From positions 64,870-128,869 of the forward strand of contig CAYUTF010000001.1 in the NCBI GenBank assembly GCA_964447495.1: a stretch of DNA of 64,000 nucleotides. The letters run 5' to 3'. Positions within the stretch are counted from its first letter, which is position 1. The number at the start of each line of letters is the position of its first letter. The DNA comes from an uncultured archaeon (GTDB taxonomy: Archaea; Asgardarchaeota; Lokiarchaeia; Sigyniarchaeales; SOKP01). Shown here one piece after another: positions 59,501-64,000 of this stretch. The translations under genes were made by a program, and so were the position numbers. A model generated the notes under the pieces. It was not told the DNA's origin. It did no database searches and saw nothing but the letters and a program-made list of their open reading frames with translations.

Positions 59501-60321
59501 ATAAATTGCTCAACAATGGGGAGAGATTGTTCAAAATATAAACCACCGTAGTAAAAAATTCCTATGGTTTGTTTGGTAGGGTTAAATTTTTTCTTTTGAA
59601 AATACTCTTCAGAAGATTGAAAGTATTCATTTAATAATGGATCAAAGATCCCATATGGAGGAATTTTTTTTGGTTTCTCAACTTGAATACTTTTATGCCC
59701 AAGATAGTTTTTTAAAAGGAAAAGAAGCATATTTTTATGATTAGCGGCAATACCACCTAATCCATGTACCCAATAATCCATCATCATAACCCAGGATCGG
59801 GCATGTTTAAGTGTTTTTACCGGAAATACTTTACCTAAGAATTTCAAGAAATTGGTCATTCTCTGACCAAATCTTACAGCATTAGTTAAATCAGGGACTT
59901 CATCAATGGAATATCCTTTAGTGCTTGGAGATGGAATTTTGCGTGCTTGAAATGACCCCATTTTAGTTAGTCCTCTTATCTCACTATTTCCACCTACAAG
60001 AGCGATGATTTGGATTCTTTCAAATAAATCAGGAGTTTCTTCTTCAATTGTTTTGTATGTGTTTACCAAAACTTCGACTGTGGGGGTATTTCCACGAATA
60101 TCAAGGAGCATAATATTCGATTTATAGATGATATTAATTAATTCCTTCTCTGATATCCTTCCTGAGTCTAGATCTTTAAGAAAATAGATTTTAAACTCAA
60201 AAATCTTGCCTAATTGTCTATAAATATCATCAATTGCCTCGGTTAGCCATTTTAAAAAAACAGAAGCTGTAATTAAGGTTATTTGGGGCAACGTTTTTGA
60301 TTTAATATCACTAGCACTCAT
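56512..60321 (-). CDS. cobN: CobN/ChlH-family chelatase large subunit
   Basis: 1269 aa. CobN-family length and blocks such as NHAGPTF, HVGTHGTEEFLPGKE and GGYIEPGLGGDPIR. Confidence 0.88.
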   Translation of the reverse strand: MSASDIKSKTLPQITLITASVFLKWLTEAIDDIYRQLGKIFEFKIYFLKDLDSGRISEKELINIIYKSNIMLLDIRGNTPTVEVLVNTYKTIEEETPDLFERIQIIALVGGNSEIRGLTKMGSFQARKIPSPSTKGYSIDEVPDLTNAVRFGQRMTNFLKFLGKVFPVKTLKHARSWVMMMDYWVHGLGGIAANHKNMLLFLLKNYLGHKSIQVEKPKKIPPYGIFDPLLNEYFQSSEEYFQKKKFNPTKQTIGIFYYGGLYFEQSLPIVEQFIDNLSEFNILPVFSDVLTNVEAYETLFFQDGKNLVSAIINLQYFQLNGGPFGGDSSKTLNLFKKMDVPQFNPIIQYDMSFEEYSKSKEGIIPINQLIAIVMPELDGRLEMTTVGLLEDLGFSDQVNSNILEVKPLKENLAAYCLRIKKWLALRLKKNGDKKIAIIVYNYPPGEDKIGNAAYLDVSESIKKLITKMIDEGYHIEDFSNDSNLMDLFINFGIVNLPKYTDIKDYKGIKLDLQLYNQFFKTFSLEKQSEIIQYWGKPPGDIMTINSHIKLPIIQFGNVYLCVQPSRSKVAGDSNEYHNKNLPPHHQYLAFYYYLEKILKIDALVHVGTHGTEEFLPGKECAGWIDDYNLKLLGSLPNIYYYHITNTSESAIAKRRGNALIINHAGPTFQESGLYDEFDKLEELISEFQKIVPSSDSYLLPDQKDTRINDLTQEVRELANSMNLDYNTISELEDKLYRYKESIIPMGLHTLGIQYTLQQKLNLIKNIIIHSSEKPSYIEDFLFYFRIDNGSINMEKLESFLKDYYELYSLKTPLGDINQNLITLYDIADGLIELVTFWIQDLTNKIDETLELDNLIHALEGGYIEPGLGGDPIRSPHIYPTGKNSYGFDPRLIPNSTALKRGDLIAEKLIQEYKNSHNSWPETVSVVLWAFETMKTGGETIGQIFNYLGVKPVKNKSIWTTELEVIPLEEMTHPRINVIITICGIFRDTFPYHLELINKAIELVADLDESLEHNYVKKSILTLKNKGLENADARVFGPPPGKYNTNLTEIISAGKWDEENELAKDYLRNMSFAYMKNQKVKQLVENFSQNINEIEIMSQIRDSSEYSITDLDHYYEFTGGLARTYKEISGKEANIYIADSSSKEIKVNTLQESIREGAITRSLNPKWIKSLLEHKYHGGQKIAERVENLLGLSATTHKVDNWIWDKAYDQYIHNEELREKLEENNRFAMMDIIKNMLQANNRGYWDADDNQINNLKKLYLELENWVELKY

Positions 60322-60330
60322 AATTATTAT

Positions 60331-62307
60331 TCATGTTTTTGTATTCATAATTCCTTCATTTGCTAATATTCTGCTCACACTTTCTTTATTCATGCTATCG
60401 ATATGATAATATAATGCATTTGATGACTCTGCAAGCTTTTTATTCATTTCTAGTTTTATATCCGTAGTTTCAGTATCAATAATTATCATATCTATCTTAT
60501 TTTTTTTAATTTCTTTTCCAATATTTAGTATATCATCGATTGGATCCTTAAAAAAGACATTTCCCCGCGCATCAGTTATAAGTGTAATCATTGGGATATA
60601 TCCAGTATTCTTTCGTTTCTCTTCGAGAGCAATATTTAAAGCTTTACTCAAACCTGTTACTAAAGGCGTTGTACCACCTGTTGGGATTTCCTTTAATAAT
60701 TTATAAGCTAAATCAGTACTTTTAGTGGGAGGCAAGATAATTTCGGCAGTTTCTCCTCGAAAAACTACTAATGAGACCTTATCTCTATAGACATAATTAG
60801 ATTGAAGGAGTGAAAAAATTACGCCTTTAACTGTTTCCATCCTTTCATTTGCACCCATTGAACCTGAAGCATCTACACAAAAGATAATCAAATAACTTGA
60901 TTTTCCGCTTCTATTTTTAATATGGATATGGTCATCTTTTACCTTTATTTTTCCACCATTTTTAATAATTTCTTTATTTTCAGATTCTAATGCCGCAGCA
61001 TTAATGGTCTGAAGAACGGCAATATCTGTTGATGTTTTAAAATTGAAATTTTTTGGCTTCTGTCCACTAATATATTTACCCTTTTTATCTTGAGTGGGAT
61101 GTAATAATCGTTGACCAGAAGTGTTCATATTCTTTTTAATTCTTTTTTTTTCCAATACATCATCTGTTCTTATGCTTCGATTAATTCCAAATACTCTTTC
61201 TTTAATATTTATGATTTCCTTTTCATCTCCTTCATCAGAATCATACTGTATATTAGTTTCTTCCTCGATTTTTAGTTGTTCATCAAAAAATTTATCAATC
61301 TCATCTTCATTTATTGTATTTTCCTCAAAGGGAAGTTTTCTTAAGCGGTGAGCTAAAGCCAATTTAGTAGCAATTTTAATATCTTCATCCCATACTGTAA
61401 TCCTCCCATTAAAAGCGGCAATAGTTTTTGCTGTTAAATTAATTGTAATATCTGCTCTATGACTGTCAATATCTAATTGAACTGATAGTTGAGCAATCCT
61501 TTTTAATTGTTCTTCAGTAATTTGAACCTTATCCAAGATTTTACGAGCATTTATAATTCTAGAGCTCAATTCTTTTTGGCTATTCTCAAACTTATCATAA
61601 AATTCATGAGGATCGTTATGATACTGCTCTGCATATTTAATAATCTGGACTCGTTTATCTATATTTAAAATAGGTTTTGCTTCCATGCTTAATCCAAACC
61701 TGTCTAAAAGTTGAGGCCGTAAATTTCCCTCTTCTGGATTCATTGTTCCTACTAAGATAAAATTAGATGGGTGATGGACACTAATTCCCTCCCGTTCAAT
61801 AATATTTATCCCCATCGCAGCACTATCTAGTAAAACATCTGCTACATTATCAGCTAGGAGATTTACTTCATCTATATAAAGAATATTTCTATTTGCCTCA
61901 GCTAAAATTCCTGGTTCTAATGCCTTCAAGCCTTCTTCTAAAGCTTTCTTGATATCAATTGTTCCGACGACTCTATCCTCAGTAGCATTTATGGGTAAAT
62001 TAATAACACGCATTTTTCGCTTTTCTATATCATTATCAGTTAATTTATTGTCAATTATTTTATGTTGACAAGAATGACATGACTCCTTAAGATTGTGAGG
62101 GTTGCAATTGAAAGGACAATCCTTAATTATTTCAATTTCGGGGAGTAGATCAGCTAGTGCTCTAACAGCAGTTGATTTCGCAGTTCCTTTTGTTCCCTTA
62201 ATTAGAACGCCACCAATTTTTGGATTAATTGCGTTTAAAATCAATGCAAGTTTCATAAGGTTTTGTTCTACTATAGCAGTAAAAGGGTAGGCTTTAAAAT
62301 GTGTCAT
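60331..62307 (-). CDS. Chelatase ATPase subunit, ChlI-type AAA+ fused to ChlD-type vWA domain
   Basis: 658 aa. Walker [10 protein letters not shown], Walker [10 protein letters not shown] and GTMNPEEG. The C-terminal vWA domain has [14 protein letters not shown] Cys-rich insert ([19 protein letters not shown]) follows the LLPEIE segment. Confidence 0.88.
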   Translation of the reverse strand: MTHFKAYPFTAIVEQNLMKLALILNAINPKIGGVLIKGTKGTAKSTAVRALADLLPEIEIIKDCPFNCNPHNLKESCHSCQHKIIDNKLTDNDIEKRKMRVINLPINATEDRVVGTIDIKKALEEGLKALEPGILAEANRNILYIDEVNLLADNVADVLLDSAAMGINIIEREGISVHHPSNFILVGTMNPEEGNLRPQLLDRFGLSMEAKPILNIDKRVQIIKYAEQYHNDPHEFYDKFENSQKELSSRIINARKILDKVQITEEQLKRIAQLSVQLDIDSHRADITINLTAKTIAAFNGRITVWDEDIKIATKLALAHRLRKLPFEENTINEDEIDKFFDEQLKIEEETNIQYDSDEGDEKEIINIKERVFGINRSIRTDDVLEKKRIKKNMNTSGQRLLHPTQDKKGKYISGQKPKNFNFKTSTDIAVLQTINAAALESENKEIIKNGGKIKVKDDHIHIKNRSGKSSYLIIFCVDASGSMGANERMETVKGVIFSLLQSNYVYRDKVSLVVFRGETAEIILPPTKSTDLAYKLLKEIPTGGTTPLVTGLSKALNIALEEKRKNTGYIPMITLITDARGNVFFKDPIDDILNIGKEIKKNKIDMIIIDTETTDIKLEMNKKLAESSNALYYHIDSMNKESVSRILANEGIMNTKT

Positions 62308-62445
62308 TTTCGATCATTCTGACTCTTTAGATTAAATTTAATATAAATTTATAAATTTTTCATACTTTATGAAAATGAACAAATCGTAGTTAAAAAAATT
62401 ATTTTTTTTTAAAAATAAGTTTTAGTTATCTAATTTGAATAACTG

Positions 62446-63036
62446 CTAGATTTCACTCTTAATCTCTTTATAAAATAAATTTAAAATTTCAAGTCTTTTT
62501 TGAGCGATTTTTTTTGAAATATCAAGAAAAAGCATTTCTCTTAATTTGAAAATTTTATTTTCGAGATGATTAATAACATCATGGAGATTACCATTATTTT
62601 TTATGGTAAATCCAATGGTTCTGTATAATCCAATAGCACCAAGGGCATCTAATTTATCTGCATCTGAAAGAATTTTGGCTTCAAGTGTTTTTGGTGTAAT
62701 TTTATTTGAAAATGAATGCGATTGAATGCTATGATATATGTTTTCAATGTCACTTTTTTGAAAGGGAAAATTAGATGTATTTATATACTTCAAAGCTATC
62801 TCTGCGGAAACCTCAGCATGATTTTTATTTTTTTGGTTAAAATTCTCAGTGTATCGACCAGTATCATGCAATAACGCAGCTATTCTAAGAAGAAATAAAT
62901 TTGCTTGCAATTTATGACCAATATATATACACATATTATAAACTCTTTCTGTATGCCCAAAACCATGAATTTTATTAGAATCAGTTGAATTTTGGACAAA
63001 TCTTCTAATATTATTTATGATTTCTTCTTCATTCAT
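62446..63036 (-). CDS. HD-domain phosphohydrolase
   Basis: 196 aa. HGFGHTERV, LLHDTGR and DADKLDALG. Confidence 0.85.
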   Translation of the reverse strand: MNEEEIINNIRRFVQNSTDSNKIHGFGHTERVYNMCIYIGHKLQANLFLLRIAALLHDTGRYTENFNQKNKNHAEVSAEIALKYINTSNFPFQKSDIENIYHSIQSHSFSNKITPKTLEAKILSDADKLDALGAIGLYRTIGFTIKNNGNLHDVINHLENKIFKLREMLFLDISKKIAQKRLEILNLFYKEIKSEI

Positions 63037-63144
63037 ATCTTATCATAATGAATTATTCGCTAGCAAAAGAAAAAGATTGTCATAAAAAATGAAAATAATG
63101 AAATATATATTAAAAAATAAGCAGAAAATAAAGATATGAAGAGC

Positions 63145-64000
63145 TTAGACTTCCTCTCCCCGCCTTCTTGCTTCTATTTCTTTTAAATCTTTTCTTAAAA
63201 CTTTCCCTACGAGAGTTTCAGGAAGTTCTTTTCTGAATTCAATAAATTTTGGTATTTTATAGGGCGCAACAACTTTTCTACAAAACTCTTTTATCTCTGC
63301 TATCATCTCATCTGATTCTTTAAAACCATCCTTAAGGACTATGTATGCTTTCACTTTTTCACTGCCAGGTAGATTAGGATCTGGAACACCTATAACTGCT
63401 GCATTTTCTATAGCTTCATTTTCAAATAAGACATCTTCAAGTTCTCTGGGATATACTTTAAACCCACTTACATTTATCATATCTTTCTTTCTATCTACTA
63501 TGTAGAAATAGCCATCATCGTCCATCTTAGCGATATCACCTGTTAATAGCCAACGATCCTTTATCTGATTATCAGTTTCTTCGGGTTTATTCCAGTATCC
63601 TTTCATAACTTGAGGACCTTTTATCATTATTTCTCCTGATTCTCCTAATGGCATAATTTTAGTATAATCTTCAATATCAACAATTTTTACTTCTGTATCT
63701 GGAATAGGCATGCCTACTGATCCAATTTTTCGCTCTCCTTTAAATGGATTAGTGTGTGTTACTGGAGATGATTCAGTCATACCATACCCTTCAAGAATTT
63801 TACTTCCTGTTCTTTCCTCAAAATCTTTAAGTACCTCTGGTGGCATTGGAGCTGCTCCTGTATTGCAAATTCTTATAGATCTCATATCTTTTGCATAATC
63901 TTCGAGATCATCCCTTTCTAATAATCGCATATACATTGTAGGCACACCAGGAAACATAGTTGGACTTGTTGATTTGATCATCTCGAATAATGATTTTTGA
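63145..64000 (-). CDS. AMP-dependent acyl-CoA synthetase/ligase (partial, continues past window end)
   Basis: The frame stays open to position 64000 (upstream residues QKSLFE precede the track's Met). Motifs FPGVPTMY, EGYGMTE, GDIAKMDDDGYFYIVDRKKDMI and the terminal LPETLVGKVLRK are typical of the adenylate-forming superfamily. Confidence 0.88.
   Translation of the reverse strand, partial: QKSLFEMIKSTSPTMFPGVPTMYMRLLERDDLEDYAKDMRSIRICNTGAAPMPPEVLKDFEERTGSKILEGYGMTESSPVTHTNPFKGERKIGSVGMPIPDTEVKIVDIEDYTKIMPLGESGEIMIKGPQVMKGYWNKPEETDNQIKDRWLLTGDIAKMDDDGYFYIVDRKKDMINVSGFKVYPRELEDVLFENEAIENAAVIGVPDPNLPGSEKVKAYIVLKDGFKESDEMIAEIKEFCRKVVAPYKIPKFIEFRKELPETLVGKVLRKDLKEIEARRRGEEV

Noticed and set aside
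37629-63898. Shadow ORFs in the second half: 37629-37856, 42309-42536, 43017-43376, 43917-44231, 44669-44920, 45017-45217, 46744-46950, 47155-47409, 48515-48703, 49840-50034, 51601-51927, 52138-52506, 53348-53551, 55225-55500, 58383-58670, 61121-61351, 62102-62290 and 63710-63898.
   Set aside because: All overlap confidently assigned genes on the opposite strand or in another frame and lack motifs.
1-64000. Search by eye for tRNA, rRNA, CRISPR repeats, inteins in rfc/clpB/uvrA/dnaK, transposases and integrases.
   Set aside because: I saw no GC-rich cloverleaf-like segments, no T-loop GGTTCGAATC-type motifs and no regularly spaced identical direct repeats outside coding LRRs. There are no intein blocks (the replication and chaperone proteins have normal lengths), and no DDE or tyrosine-recombinase ORFs were recognised. 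Absence should still be confirmed with tRNAscan-SE, Infernal and ISfinder-type searches.

Overview
AT-rich (roughly 30% GC by eye), densely coding chromosomal window from an archaeon. Archaeal identity rests on RFC small and large clamp-loader subunits, a TFIIB-type factor (TFB), tungsten-type aldehyde:ferredoxin oxidoreductase, a TrmB-type regulator, a BpsA-like polyamine enzyme and oligo-T terminators. The AT-richness, an SDS22-type LRR protein and many orphan membrane or low-complexity proteins would fit an Asgard/Loki-like or other mesophilic AT-rich lineage, but that cannot be proven from here. I found no rRNA, tRNA or CRISPR array. Main content in order: a three-gene RFC cluster; pepT, an MFS transporter and a secreted hydrolase; a small accessory island holding a tandem HNH endonuclease, flanked by a duplicated wHTH gene end; an ABC-2 transporter; a bacterial-type heat-shock operon grpE-dnaK-dnaJ-clpB with tfb at its 3' end; an LRR protein; pyk and aor; an RNase J-like gene; a BpsA-like aminopropyltransferase fused to AdoMet decarboxylase; a GC-enriched heterodimeric ABC exporter; a PadR-led operon containing an orphan class-II-like UvrA; and cobN plus a chlI/chlD-type chelatase. 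The most interesting candidates are the HNH island, the tfb-containing chaperone operon, the polyamine fusion enzyme, the PadR/UvrA-like operon and the predicted ATPase-dead RFC paralogue. All functions are inferred from motifs read by eye. No database search was run.
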